64,000 nucleotides of DNA. Origin: Bacteroidales bacterium. GTDB lineage: Bacteria > Bacteroidota > Bacteroidia > Bacteroidales > WCHB1-69. The notes beneath the pieces are model-generated. The model made no database searches. It saw only the letters and a list, made by a program, of their open reading frames with translations, and was not told the origin of the DNA. Where the stretch lies: positions 499 through 64,498 of the forward strand of contig JBBQWB010000002.1 in NCBI GenBank assembly GCA_038210985.1, given 5' to 3'. The translations under genes and the position numbers were made by a program. Within the stretch, counting starts at the first letter, position 1. Every line of letters starts with the position of its first letter. Shown in pieces: positions 47,786 to 58,376 of this stretch.

Positions 47786-48676
47786 GTCAGTTTTCTTTAG
47801 CCCTAAACCCTGAACTAAAATCCCTCCAATTATTAACATTAATCCAATTACGGAGCTTATGTGAATTTGCTCGTTTAATATGATTGCAATAAATATTAAG
47901 GATAAAAAAGGTGAAAGAAAAACAAAACGACTCACACTTGCCGATGACTTAGAAGTTGTTAACGCCAATTGCCAAAGCAAAAAAGGAATACTCATTTCAA
48001 ATAATCCAACATATACTCCTGCCCAAATTGCTTCTGTGTGTTTTAAAGTAAACCCAGAATTGTAAAAAAGAGCCAAAAAAAGAGTGAAAATAAAGCCAGT
48101 ACTAAAACCAATAAATAATTGTAGAGATGAATTTACGGATGTTTTCAGGTTTAAAATCCAATAAAAAGCCCAAACAACGGAGCTGATAATTGCCAAAAAA
48201 GTTCCAAAACCATTTACAAATTCAATATCCGCAAATTGACCTTTTGTTGCAATTAAAACCACTCCAACAAAGCAAATTAAAATAGAAGGAATGTCGAATT
48301 TTAGCACTTTTTGTTTTAAAAAGATAATAGAAAAAACAACCAGCATGATGGGCCAAGTATAGTTTAAAATTAAGGCATCTTGGGCTGGAAGTAATTCGTA
48401 TGCTTTAAAAAGAATCAAGTAATATAAAAATGGATTTAAAATGCCTTTAAACATTAATAATCCAAATGTTTTTTTGTCTAGATGCTTGATTTTAAATATT
48501 TGTCCATTCCATATAATGACAATTAAAAGAGAAATTGAAGCAACAAAACTCGAAATTGCAAGGAGCATTAAAAAGCTCATTTCGGATAATGCAATTTTAA
48601 AAGCCGTTGCCACCGTTGACCAACAAACTACTGCCATTAAAGCATACACTATGGATCTGTCAACTCTAAATTTCAC
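47777..48676 (-). CDS. DMT-superfamily (EamA-like) transporter
   Basis: Ten hydrophobic segments in two EamA-like halves. The 3' end overlaps the convergent gene by 9 nt. Confidence 0.75.
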   Translation of the reverse strand: MKFRVDRSIVYALMAVVCWSTVATAFKIALSEMSFLMLLAISSFVASISLLIVIIWNGQIFKIKHLDKKTFGLLMFKGILNPFLYYLILFKAYELLPAQDALILNYTWPIMLVVFSIIFLKQKVLKFDIPSILICFVGVVLIATKGQFADIEFVNGFGTFLAIISSVVWAFYWILNLKTSVNSSLQLFIGFSTGFIFTLFLALFYNSGFTLKHTEAIWAGVYVGLFEMSIPFLLWQLALTTSKSSASVSRFVFLSPFLSLIFIAIILNEQIHISSVIGLMLIIGGILVQGLGLKKTDLS

Positions 48677-48694
48677 GAATGCTAATTCAATGGT

Positions 48695-50707
48695 TTATAA
48701 ATACTTTTTCAACTCATTTATACTATCCCGTAATTTTGCTGCATCTAAAAAATTAAGTTCTTTAACTGCAGCGTCCATCTCTTTTTGCAAGCGTTTCATC
48801 TCTTTTTGAAGTTGTGGTTTCGATTTGAATTTCAATCCACTTTCTTCGGCAGCTAAGGATGGATGATTTGTGGTTCCATACTCTTTTTGCTTTTCTTGTT
48901 TTCGATTGGTACTAGAAGCTCCTAAATGCGACTCCAGTGATTTATGTATAGATGTGGGAGTAATATTGTTTTTAATATTGTATTCAATTTGTTTTTCTCG
49001 TTTTCGCTGTGTTTCGTCCATTGTTTTTTGCATCGAACGAGTAATTTTATCGGCATAAAAAATCACTTTGCCATTAACATTTCGTGCTGCTCTGCCTGCC
49101 GTTTGAGTTAAGGAGCGTTCGGAACGCAAAAAGCCCTCTTTGTCGGCATCTAAAATTGCAACCAACGAAACTTCGGGTAAATCCAAGCCTTCTCGCAATA
49201 AATTCACACCCACAAGCACATCTATAGCTCCCGAACGCAAATCTTGAAGAATTTCAACCCTGTCTAAGGTAATAACATCCGAATGAATGTATTTGGCAGA
49301 AATGTTTAACCGAAGTAAATATTTCGACATTTCTTCTGCCAAACGCTTGGTTAATGTAGTAACTAAAACTCGACCACCTTCCTTTACTACTTTTTCAATT
49401 TCCTCCAATAAATCATCCACTTGATTTTGGCAAGGACGAATTTCAATTACTGGATCGAGTAAACCAGTTGGACGAACAATTTGTTCCACCACAACACCAC
49501 CACTTTTTTCGAGTTCGTAATCAGCAGGGGTAGCACTTACGTAAATAAATTGTTTAATCATCGACTCGTATTCGTCAAAAGTCAACGGACGATTATCCAT
49601 AGCTGCTGGCAATCGAAAACCATAATCTACTAAATTTATTTTTCGGGAACGGTCGCCACCATACATAGCTCTAATTTGAGAAATGGTAACATGGCTTTCG
49701 TCCACTACGGTAATAAAATCATCTGGGAAAAAGTCGATTAAGCAAAAAGGACGAGTTCCAGGAGCCCTGCGGTCAAAATACCTTGAATAATTTTCAATTC
49801 CCGAGCAATATCCCAGCTCTCTTATCATTTCAATATCGTAGGTTACTCTGTCTTCTAAACGCTTTGCTTCTAGTGGTTTTCCAATTTCGGTAAAATAATC
49901 TACCTGGGCTTTTAAATCAATTTGAATTTCGCGTAAAGCCACTTCAATCATTTCCTGTGAAGTAACAAACATATTTGCCGGATAGATACTTAAACTGTCA
50001 TTTTTGCCAATATTGTATCCTTTAGATGGTTCAAACGATTCGATGGATTCAATTTCGTCATCCCAAAAAACAAAGCGATAAGCCACGTCGGAATATGCAG
50101 GAAAAACATCCACTGTATCTCCTTTAACCCTGAAATTTCCAGGTTTAAAAATCGCTTCGGTTCTTGAATAAAGACTATTTACTAAGTCGAGTAGCAGTTT
50201 GTTGCGTGGATATTTTTGTCCAACTTGAATGCTAATAACGTTTTTTCTAAAATCATCGGGATTACCAATGCCATAAATGCACGAAACAGAGGAAACGATA
50301 ATAACATCTCGGCGACCCGAAAGCAACGAAGTGGTTGCACTTAATCTCATTTTTTCCAATTCCTCGTTTATCGAAAGATCCTTTTCAATATAAGTATTGG
50401 TGGTTGGAAGAAATGCTTCGGGCTGATAATAATCGTAATATGAAACAAAATACTCTACTGCATTTTCGGGGAAAAAATTTTTGAATTCACTGTAAAGTTG
50501 GGCAGCCAATGTTTTATTATGGCTCATAATTAAAGTTGGACGATTAATCCTTTCAATTACATTAGCAATGGTAAATGTTTTTCCCGAGCCGGTTACTCCC
50601 AATAAGGTTTGATGACGATCGTTACGCAATATTCCAGCAACTAATTGCTCGATGGCTTCTGGCTGATCACCTGTTGGTTTATAATCCGAAATTAATTTAA
50701 AATTCAA
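48695..50707 (-). CDS. uvrB: Excinuclease ABC subunit B
   Basis: FKLISDYKPTGDQPEAIEQL, GVTGSGKTFT, DESHVT. C-terminal UVR motif LQKEMDAAVKELNFLDAAKLRDSI. Confidence 0.96.
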   Translation of the reverse strand: MNFKLISDYKPTGDQPEAIEQLVAGILRNDRHQTLLGVTGSGKTFTIANVIERINRPTLIMSHNKTLAAQLYSEFKNFFPENAVEYFVSYYDYYQPEAFLPTTNTYIEKDLSINEELEKMRLSATTSLLSGRRDVIIVSSVSCIYGIGNPDDFRKNVISIQVGQKYPRNKLLLDLVNSLYSRTEAIFKPGNFRVKGDTVDVFPAYSDVAYRFVFWDDEIESIESFEPSKGYNIGKNDSLSIYPANMFVTSQEMIEVALREIQIDLKAQVDYFTEIGKPLEAKRLEDRVTYDIEMIRELGYCSGIENYSRYFDRRAPGTRPFCLIDFFPDDFITVVDESHVTISQIRAMYGGDRSRKINLVDYGFRLPAAMDNRPLTFDEYESMIKQFIYVSATPADYELEKSGGVVVEQIVRPTGLLDPVIEIRPCQNQVDDLLEEIEKVVKEGGRVLVTTLTKRLAEEMSKYLLRLNISAKYIHSDVITLDRVEILQDLRSGAIDVLVGVNLLREGLDLPEVSLVAILDADKEGFLRSERSLTQTAGRAARNVNGKVIFYADKITRSMQKTMDETQRKREKQIEYNIKNNITPTSIHKSLESHLGASSTNRKQEKQKEYGTTNHPSLAAEESGLKFKSKPQLQKEMKRLQKEMDAAVKELNFLDAAKLRDSINELKKYL

Positions 50708-50724
50708 TGTATCCTCCGAACTTG

Positions 50725-51861
50725 CTATTCGTATTTTTTAATGTATGTATAAATAGGGTAGTGGTCTGAAGCTTTTAAAGAATTTACTGTTTTATAGCCC
50801 CTACTTTCAAAAATTTTATCATGAAGAATATAATCAATTCTAAATGAAGGCATTTTGCCATTGTAGGTTTGTCCAAAACCTCTTCCAGAAGACACAAAAG
50901 CATCAATTAAGTTTTTTGAGATAAGTTGCGTAGCATAGGAGCAAGGAGTGTCGTTAAAATCGCCACAAACTATTACAGGATAAGGCGATTGACGTATGTG
51001 TGCATGTAGCATTTCGGCTTGATTTGCTCGTAGAAGATATGCTGATTTTAATTTTTGCAACATTTTCTTTGAATCTTTTGCAAATTCAGAATTTAACAAA
51101 TCTTCGTTTTTTTCACTGTCGGTCGAGGTAAACATAAAATCCTCTTTGTTTAGTTTAATCGATTGTAAATGTGCATTATACACTCTAATAGTGTCCGTTT
51201 TCACTACAATGTCCGAAAATATAGCCGAATTATGTGTTATGTTTTTAAAAATAATAAACCCCGAGTTGATAATAGGATATTTAGAAAACATTGCAATTCC
51301 GTAATGATGAATGTTTTTTACAAAAGGAAAATATTCATAATAATGTTTTGTTTTTAGGATAGATGTAAGCGAATCGCGGGTTACAAAATGATTTTCGCTA
51401 TCGTAAAAGTATTCCTGCAAGCATAACACATCGGGCTGAGATTCGTTAATAAAATCAAAAATTTTATTTCGATTTGTGAAATTATAGGACCAGTCTTTGT
51501 TGCAATTGTATAAATCAAAAAGCTTTACATTATACGACATTACTTTAAGATATTCGCTTTTAAAATCACCAATTGGCTTTCCGGCAACTTGAAAATATTT
51601 ACTAACAAAACCATATCCTATTATAATGGCAATGAAAGAATATAAGGAAGTACGAATATTGCGGATAATCCAATAAGGTATAAACAGTAAATTTAGAACA
51701 AGAAAAATTGGATATGAGAGTCCGAAGAAAGCTAAAATCCAAAATTTTTCGGGGCTAACTCGAGCGGATAAATAGGATAATAACAAAAGGCCTACTGCAA
51801 CAATGTTGGCTATAAAAACAATTTGATCGAGTAAGTTTGTTTTATTTTTTTTATCAAACAT
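50725..51861 (-). CDS. Membrane-anchored endonuclease/exonuclease/phosphatase (EEP) family protein
   Basis: N-terminal TM helices. EEP motifs MSYNV, DVLCLQE, GDFNDTP, SDHYP. Confidence 0.8.
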   Translation of the reverse strand: MFDKKNKTNLLDQIVFIANIVAVGLLLLSYLSARVSPEKFWILAFFGLSYPIFLVLNLLFIPYWIIRNIRTSLYSFIAIIIGYGFVSKYFQVAGKPIGDFKSEYLKVMSYNVKLFDLYNCNKDWSYNFTNRNKIFDFINESQPDVLCLQEYFYDSENHFVTRDSLTSILKTKHYYEYFPFVKNIHHYGIAMFSKYPIINSGFIIFKNITHNSAIFSDIVVKTDTIRVYNAHLQSIKLNKEDFMFTSTDSEKNEDLLNSEFAKDSKKMLQKLKSAYLLRANQAEMLHAHIRQSPYPVIVCGDFNDTPCSYATQLISKNLIDAFVSSGRGFGQTYNGKMPSFRIDYILHDKIFESRGYKTVNSLKASDHYPIYTYIKKYE

Positions 51862-51865
51862 TTTT

Positions 51866-52801
51866 TTAATTTCTATTACTTGATTTAAACAAGAACTCTT
51901 TTTCTTCCTTTGTCAATTTATCGTATCCAAATTTTGAAATATTATCTAAAATAGCATCCATTTTTTTCTGCTTTTCGGCTCTAAGTTTATTATACTCATG
52001 GTCGTTTTTAGGTTTACTAGAAGCGTTAAAATTTGGATACTTTACCTTAAACGGCTTTTTCTTGAATTTTGTTTTAAAAAAAACAGAAATGTTTTTTAAA
52101 AAAGGTTTAGAGTAATATGTTCCAGCAATTAGTCCCCAAAAAGCACCACCTAAATGAGCAATATGTCCGCCTGGATTACCTTTGTCAATACTCAAAATAT
52201 CAATAATTACAAAGGCAATAGCGAGCCATTTAATTTTTACTTCGCCAATCAAAAACATTGGTAATTTATAGTTTGGAACAAACACGGCAACACAGGTTAA
52301 AATTGCTAAAACTGATGCCGAAGCACCAAGTGCCCTGGAGTTAGAAACGAGCGAACTGAATGCTGGGAAAAAATTAAATGCAACTACATAAAACACTCCG
52401 CCCATAATTCCACCAATAATATAAACCCAAACAAATTGACGGTTTTTAAGGAAACTAAGAAAAATCCTTCCACTAATATAAAGCATCAACACATTAAAAA
52501 AGATATGCCAAAACGAAACATGAAGAAATTGATATGTAATTAATGTCCAAGGTTTTTGAATTAACTGAGGAATGGATGAAGGCATCATTAGGGCATCAAT
52601 TATTGGAGGAAAATCGCTCGAATTAGGACCTTCAATTTGAAACAAAAAACGATATACACCGCCAAATAATCCAATCACAATGCAAGCTAAAAAAACGCCA
52701 ATATTTATCATGACAAAACGCGACAGAGCCGATTTAGATTTTATAAACCGCTGTACACCAGTTAAAAAAGATTGTCTATATCCAAAATTTCGATTAAACA
52801 T
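51866..52801 (-). CDS. Rhomboid-family intramembrane serine protease
   Basis: HVSFWHIFFNVLMLY, catalytic GASASV and HLGGAFWG motifs in TM helices. Confidence 0.85.
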   Translation of the reverse strand: MFNRNFGYRQSFLTGVQRFIKSKSALSRFVMINIGVFLACIVIGLFGGVYRFLFQIEGPNSSDFPPIIDALMMPSSIPQLIQKPWTLITYQFLHVSFWHIFFNVLMLYISGRIFLSFLKNRQFVWVYIIGGIMGGVFYVVAFNFFPAFSSLVSNSRALGASASVLAILTCVAVFVPNYKLPMFLIGEVKIKWLAIAFVIIDILSIDKGNPGGHIAHLGGAFWGLIAGTYYSKPFLKNISVFFKTKFKKKPFKVKYPNFNASSKPKNDHEYNKLRAEKQKKMDAILDNISKFGYDKLTKEEKEFLFKSSNRN

Positions 52802-52812
52802 AGTTTTAAATC

Positions 52813-53670
52813 TTAATTAAAAAATTTATGTCCTGGACGCTTTCGCCAAAACATAATCAAAATAAAACCAAACAACATTCCACCTAAATGAGCAAAATGA
52901 GCAATGCCGTCCGCAGTGCCAGTAACTCCCATGTATAGTTCAATAGCACCGTACCCAATTACAAACCATTTGGCTTTAATAGGTATGAAAAAATAGAGGT
53001 AAATCATCATGTTTGGGAACATCATGCCAAATGCTAGTAATATTCCAAAAACAGCCCCCGAAGCACCAACTACACTGGGCATATCTAAGTAAAAACTGCG
53101 GTATAATTGTAAAAATTCAACAGAAGTTTGTAACGCATCTTTATCGTATGGTGTTACGTTAAGTGTTTTAATAGCAACATCAAAATCGTGAAAACTTCGG
53201 TATATTTCTGGATAATCGGGAGAAATTATAAATTTGTGAGACGATAGAATATAATTAAGTTGGGGATTTGAAGGACTCAATAAAAAAGCATCAATCGAAT
53301 CTATAAAAGGGCTTATTTGAAAATAAAAAACTGCATAATGAGCGAGTCCGGCACCAATTCCGGTAAAAATATAAAAGAATAAAAATCGTTTTGGCCCCCA
53401 AAAATTTTCAATTGCCGAACCGAACATCCATAGAGCAAACATATTGAAAAGAATATGGGTAAAATCGCCATGCATAAACATATAGGTAAGAAGCTGATAA
53501 GGACGAAACATATCAGAACCAAAATATTTTAAACTCAAATAATCATATAGATTTATATTGAAACCTTCAGAAAATGTAATCGTTGCTAAAAAAAACAATC
53601 CATTAATAATAAGTAAGTTTTTTACAACAGTTGGCAAAACCTTAAATCCGCCAGGTGATAACATATTCAT
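52813..53670 (-). CDS. Rhomboid-family intramembrane serine protease (second paralog)
   Basis: HGDFTHILFNMFALW, GASGAVFG, HLGGMLFG. Confidence 0.85.
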   Translation of the reverse strand: MNMLSPGGFKVLPTVVKNLLIINGLFFLATITFSEGFNINLYDYLSLKYFGSDMFRPYQLLTYMFMHGDFTHILFNMFALWMFGSAIENFWGPKRFLFFYIFTGIGAGLAHYAVFYFQISPFIDSIDAFLLSPSNPQLNYILSSHKFIISPDYPEIYRSFHDFDVAIKTLNVTPYDKDALQTSVEFLQLYRSFYLDMPSVVGASGAVFGILLAFGMMFPNMMIYLYFFIPIKAKWFVIGYGAIELYMGVTGTADGIAHFAHLGGMLFGFILIMFWRKRPGHKFFN

Positions 53671-53678
53671 AGGCTATT

Positions 53679-55523
53679 TTAATTAAAGTATTGATATAAA
53701 TCTTCTTTCGAAATTATTTTAAATGTTTTTTTACCATAGGGTGATTCGTGCGGAATTGAGCAAGCAAATATTTCATTTGTAAGTGTTTCCATTTCTTCGC
53801 TTGTAAGTATTTTTCCAGATTTAATGGCTAAGCTTTTCGCCATCGACATGGCAACATTTACTTTACGCTCTAAACTAGAAAGCATCATATTGTTTTTAAA
53901 GGAATCTATCCAATGTTCCATTTCTTCTTTGATATTCACAGTCGTCAAATCTGGAGGAGTGCCATTTACCAAAAAAGTGTTTTTACCAAATTCGGATATT
54001 TCAAATCCAATTTTGGATAATTCCGATAATATTTCTTTTAAAATTTCAGCATCGGCAGCATTCAAATCGATGGTAACTGGGAACAATAAATGCTGACAAC
54101 TGGTTTGGTTGGAATCGATTCGTTTTAAAAAACGTTCAAATAAAACCCTTTCGTGTGCTGCATTTTGATGAAGTATAATTAAACCCGATTTTATTTTTGT
54201 AATAATAAAACTTTGGTACAACTGAAAAAAAGTTCCGTAGCTAACTGCTTCTTTATGATTGTTTTGAGTAATTGAAGTTTGTGTAATTTCCGTATTTGTC
54301 GAGCTTTCAAAATCCGTATTTGTTGGCGGATAAAGCTTTGTCCAATTTTCGAGATTATTTTTATCCCGTTCGCTCAAGGGCTCTTTTTTGTAAGAACTTG
54401 TGGAAGGAACTTGGGATTTAAATGGATTATAATCGGGATTAAGTTGAATAGTGGGTTGTTTAATAGGATAATCTTTAGGTAAAAAATCCACATTAAAACT
54501 ATTATCGGTATCAAAATCCAATGAAGGTGTAAGGCTGTTTTCGGCTAAAGCTTTTTTTGTGGTAGAATGAACAACTGCATACATCAATTTTTCATCTTGA
54601 AACTTAATTTCCGTTTTTGTAGGATGAACATTTACATCAATTGTTTTTGGATCCACATCAAAAAACATAAAATAAGAGGGATAATATCCGTCGGGAATCA
54701 GCTCCTGATAAGCTCGAGTAATTGCATTATGTATGTATGGATGCTTAAAAAATCGTCGGTTTACAAATAGATATTGCCCGCCTTTTGTTTTTTTTGCAAT
54801 ATCGGGTTTGCCAATGTAGCCAGTTATGGACAAAAAATCAGTTTTTTGTCCAATGGTTGCCATTTTTTCGTTGTACGACTTTCCAAGAAGATTGACAATT
54901 CGGCTTTTAAAGGTCGATTTTGTCAATTTATAAATCAATTTGTCGTTATGATAAAGTGAAAATCCAACATTATAATGAATTAAAGCAACCCTATAAAATT
55001 CTTCAAGAATATGGTTAAATTCAATATTTTCAGATTTTAGAAAGTTGCGGCGAGCAGGAACATTGTAAAATAAATTTTTTACAGAAATGGAGGTGCCAAC
55101 TGGGCAAGAGCAAGGTGATTGGTCTATAATTTTTGAACCTTCGACTAGGATTTTTGTTCCAATAGCAGCGTTTGGAATAGCTGATTTTAATTCAACATGA
55201 GCAATAGCAGCGATGGAAGCAAGAGCTTCGCCACGAAAACCCATTGTGCGGATATTGAATAAATCATCGGCTTTTCGTAGTTTTGAAGTCGCATGACGCT
55301 CAAAGCTCATTCGGGCATCGGTTTCGCTCATCCCTTTGCCATTGTCAACTACCTGAATCAATGTTCGCCCAGAGTCTTTAATAATTACTTCAACTTCGGT
55401 AGATTCTGCATCAATGGCATTTTCCATTAATTCTTTAACCACCGATGCCGGACGTTGAACAACTTCACCAGCAGCAATCTGATTAGCAATATGATCGGGA
55501 AGCAATTGGATAATATCGGACAT
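53679..55523 (-). CDS. mutL: DNA mismatch repair protein MutL
   Basis: IQLLPDHIANQIAAGEVVQRPASVVKELMENAIDA, DNGKGM, GFRGEAL. C-terminal dimerisation domain. Confidence 0.96.
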   Translation of the reverse strand: MSDIIQLLPDHIANQIAAGEVVQRPASVVKELMENAIDAESTEVEVIIKDSGRTLIQVVDNGKGMSETDARMSFERHATSKLRKADDLFNIRTMGFRGEALASIAAIAHVELKSAIPNAAIGTKILVEGSKIIDQSPCSCPVGTSISVKNLFYNVPARRNFLKSENIEFNHILEEFYRVALIHYNVGFSLYHNDKLIYKLTKSTFKSRIVNLLGKSYNEKMATIGQKTDFLSITGYIGKPDIAKKTKGGQYLFVNRRFFKHPYIHNAITRAYQELIPDGYYPSYFMFFDVDPKTIDVNVHPTKTEIKFQDEKLMYAVVHSTTKKALAENSLTPSLDFDTDNSFNVDFLPKDYPIKQPTIQLNPDYNPFKSQVPSTSSYKKEPLSERDKNNLENWTKLYPPTNTDFESSTNTEITQTSITQNNHKEAVSYGTFFQLYQSFIITKIKSGLIILHQNAAHERVLFERFLKRIDSNQTSCQHLLFPVTIDLNAADAEILKEILSELSKIGFEISEFGKNTFLVNGTPPDLTTVNIKEEMEHWIDSFKNNMMLSSLERKVNVAMSMAKSLAIKSGKILTSEEMETLTNEIFACSIPHESPYGKKTFKIISKEDLYQYFN

Positions 55524-55542
55524 ATACCTTAATTTTTAACTT

Positions 55543-55848
55543 CTAGCCAATTTTCACAAAGAAAATTATCAATATTAAAAGAATTAAAACTATTAAAGTT
55601 TTTAAGATATTATCTTTTGAAACAACCCCATGTTTCCTTTCTCGTGCCCAAGAATTATGGATTTTTGACTTTAAATCCAACTCTTCCTTTTTGATTGAAG
55701 ATTTTAACCTCAACTTTCTATCGTCAGGGTCTTCCTCCTCGTTTTTATAAAAAACAGGTTTATAGCCAAATTTTTTCGGTTTCGGTCGATGTACAAAAGT
55801 AAAACTCATATCCTTTTTAAATATTTTCAGCAAAGATACAAATTTCAT
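55543..55848 (-). CDS. Small basic hypothetical protein with a C-terminal TM helix
   Basis: Lys/Arg-rich N-terminal part with a C-terminal LIVLILLILIIFFV. Probably co-transcribed with mutL. An alternative start exists at 55809. Confidence 0.45.
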   Translation of the reverse strand: MKFVSLLKIFKKDMSFTFVHRPKPKKFGYKPVFYKNEEEDPDDRKLRLKSSIKKEELDLKSKIHNSWARERKHGVVSKDNILKTLIVLILLILIIFFVKIG

Positions 55849-56174
55849 TTAGAGTAAATAGCTTTTAAAAGTGAATACTTGCTTGCTTTTCACATTTTTA
55901 AACACAAATAATACAATTTTGAAATAATTGGAAATGGATATTCGCAATTTTGGATATTTATGTGATAACGTATCTGCAAATTTGATGTTTTCTTATCTGG
56001 GAAAATCAGTATCATCCGTATTCCATTTTTAATGGAACAAAGACAATTTATATAAGGCATCATAATTCAAATAATCGTAGATTATCATGATTGTCTGATA
56101 AAAAAACATATTCTTCGTTTCGCTCTGAACGAAAGTGCTTTTTGGTGATTTTCTTTTGGAGGAATAGGTTGATT

Positions 56175-56210
56175 GTCATTTCGATTCGACAATTGGCGGA
56201 GAGAAATCTC
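56175..56210. repeat. REP-like element gtcatttcga...ttggcggagagaaatctc
   Basis: It shares the gtcatttcga and tggcgga/gagaaatc motifs with the 26897-27187 repeats. Confidence 0.55.
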
Positions 56211-56232
56211 AGGCTTAATCATTTTTAAAATG

Positions 56233-56253
56233 TTTATCGGACAATAGTGATTA
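56233..56253 (+). promoter_or_regulatory. Second identical copy of the 21-nt motif tttatcggacaatagtgatta, upstream of korA
   Basis: Exact match to 36264-36284 on the same strand, about 280 nt upstream of the korA ATG. Confidence 0.5.
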
Positions 56254-56531
56254 ATTTTTCTTTTTTTGAGCTTAGAATTAAATTGCACAATAATTAAGTT
56301 TGATATCTAATAAATTCAACTAAAATTTAAACATATTATATTCCTGATTTACCAATTTTACATTCAATCAAATTTTCAGGATTTCGTAAATAATTGATTT
56401 CCAGAAAATTCAAAATAGTTAATTTTGTGTTAAGTAAATCGGTTTGTACACATAAAAAACAGTACCTTTGTAAAAATATTTTGAGCAAAATTTATTAAAA
56501 TAAGATAAAGCACATTATTAAAAAAATACAT

Positions 56532-58367
56532 ATGAACAACAATTCTACGATTCTAAAAAAAGAGAGTATTGTGGTTAAATTTGCTGGAGATTCAGGTGAT
56601 GGAATGCAGTTAGCTGGGACATTGTTTGCGGATACTGCTGCACTTGAGGGGAATGATTTATCAACATTTCCTTATTATCCAGCCGAAATTCGACCACCCC
56701 ACAACACAATTGCCGGGGTTTCGGGGTTTCAAGTACATGTTGGCGGCACAATTTTAACTTCGGGAGACGAGTGCGATATTTTGGTTTGCATGAATCCAGC
56801 TTCTTTGGCAGCAAATATAAAGTCTGCTAAAAAAGGAGCAACAATTATTGCAGATGCCGATAATTTTGGCGAAAAAGCATTTCAAAAAGCAGGTTATTCA
56901 TTTAATCCACTCGAAGATGAAACGCTTAATAGCTTCCGAATAGTTAAAGCACCAATTACCTCCATGGCTGCAATGGCTTCCATTGAAGCAGGCATCGACC
57001 AAAAAACAGCAGAAAGAAGTAAAAATATTTTTGCTTTGGGAATGGTAATTAGTATTTGTGATTATAAAATTGAAACTTGTTTTCACTTAATTGACAAAAA
57101 ATTCAAGAAAAAGCCACAAATTGCAGATGCTAACAAAAGAGCGTTGCAAGCAGGATATGTTTATGCGGATTCTGTGGAATTACAAATTTCAAAAATTCAT
57201 ACACCTGCAGCTCAAATAGAAAAAGGTCGTTACCGTAATATTACTGGTAATCTTGCCACTGCATGGGGTTTGTTAGCTGCATCTGAACGTTCGGGCAGAG
57301 AATTGTTTTTAGGTTCATATCCTATCACACCTGCTACCGAAATTTTAATAGAACTTGCCGCTCAAAAATCATTAGGAGCAAAGGTTTTTCAAGCCGAAGA
57401 TGAAATTGGTGGAATTTGCTCGTCAATCGGAGCTTCTTTTGCTGGTTCAATGGCAGTTACATCTACTTCAGGACCAGGATTGTCTCTAAAATGTGAAGCA
57501 TTAGGACTAGCAGTAATTACAGAACTTCCATTAATTATTATCAATGTTCAACGTGCTGGGCCTTCCACTGGAATGCCTACCAGATCAGAGCAATCTGATT
57601 TATATATGTGTTTATTTGGACGTAATGGCGAGGCTCCTTTAATTGTTTTTGCTGCATCCTCTCCTTCCGATTGTTTTTACAAAGCGTATGAAGCTGCTAA
57701 ATATTCGATGGAGCACATGACACCCGTAATTTTACTAACCGATGGTCAAATGGGATTAGGTTCGGAACTTTTCAAAATTCCAAAAGTTTCAGATTTACCA
57801 CCAATTAATCCACCAATTGTAAAAGCAAATGATAAAGATTATATGCCTTATAAACGTAATCCCGAAACTCTTGTTCGTGGATGGGCAGTTCCAGGCACCG
57901 AAGGTTTACGCCATCGTATTGGAGGCTTAGAAAAAACCGATGGTAAAGGGGTAGTTTCAACCGACCCATTGAATCATGAACTAATGACTAAATATCGTGC
58001 CGACAAAGTTGAAAAAATTGCGGATTATCTTCCTTTACAAAAAGTTAATGGCGAACAAGAAGGCGATTTATTAGTTGTAAGTTGGGGTGGAACTCTAGGT
58101 TCTGTTTTATCTGCAGTGAACGAACTCCATACAGAAGGTAAAAAAATTGGACATGCTCATTTTAGCTACATTATGCCTCTGCCTAAAAATACGGAAGAAA
58201 TTTTTAAAAAATACAAGAAAATAGTTGTTTGTGAATTGAATCAAGGTCAATTTGTAAATTACTTGAGAATGAAACATCCCGATTTTTCGTATAAACAATA
58301 CAACAAAATGCAGGGATTACCATTTTCAATTCAAGAGTTAAAAGATGTTTATACAAAAATGCTTTAG
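56532..58367 (+). CDS. korA: 2-oxoglutarate/2-oxoacid:ferredoxin oxidoreductase subunit alpha
   Basis: VKFAGDSGDGMQLAG, YPITPATEI, TSGPGLSL motifs. Paired with the beta subunit. Confidence 0.9.
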   Translation: MNNNSTILKKESIVVKFAGDSGDGMQLAGTLFADTAALEGNDLSTFPYYPAEIRPPHNTIAGVSGFQVHVGGTILTSGDECDILVCMNPASLAANIKSAKKGATIIADADNFGEKAFQKAGYSFNPLEDETLNSFRIVKAPITSMAAMASIEAGIDQKTAERSKNIFALGMVISICDYKIETCFHLIDKKFKKKPQIADANKRALQAGYVYADSVELQISKIHTPAAQIEKGRYRNITGNLATAWGLLAASERSGRELFLGSYPITPATEILIELAAQKSLGAKVFQAEDEIGGICSSIGASFAGSMAVTSTSGPGLSLKCEALGLAVITELPLIIINVQRAGPSTGMPTRSEQSDLYMCLFGRNGEAPLIVFAASSPSDCFYKAYEAAKYSMEHMTPVILLTDGQMGLGSELFKIPKVSDLPPINPPIVKANDKDYMPYKRNPETLVRGWAVPGTEGLRHRIGGLEKTDGKGVVSTDPLNHELMTKYRADKVEKIADYLPLQKVNGEQEGDLLVVSWGGTLGSVLSAVNELHTEGKKIGHAHFSYIMPLPKNTEEIFKKYKKIVVCELNQGQFVNYLRMKHPDFSYKQYNKMQGLPFSIQELKDVYTKML

Positions 58368-58376
58368 GAGGTAAAT

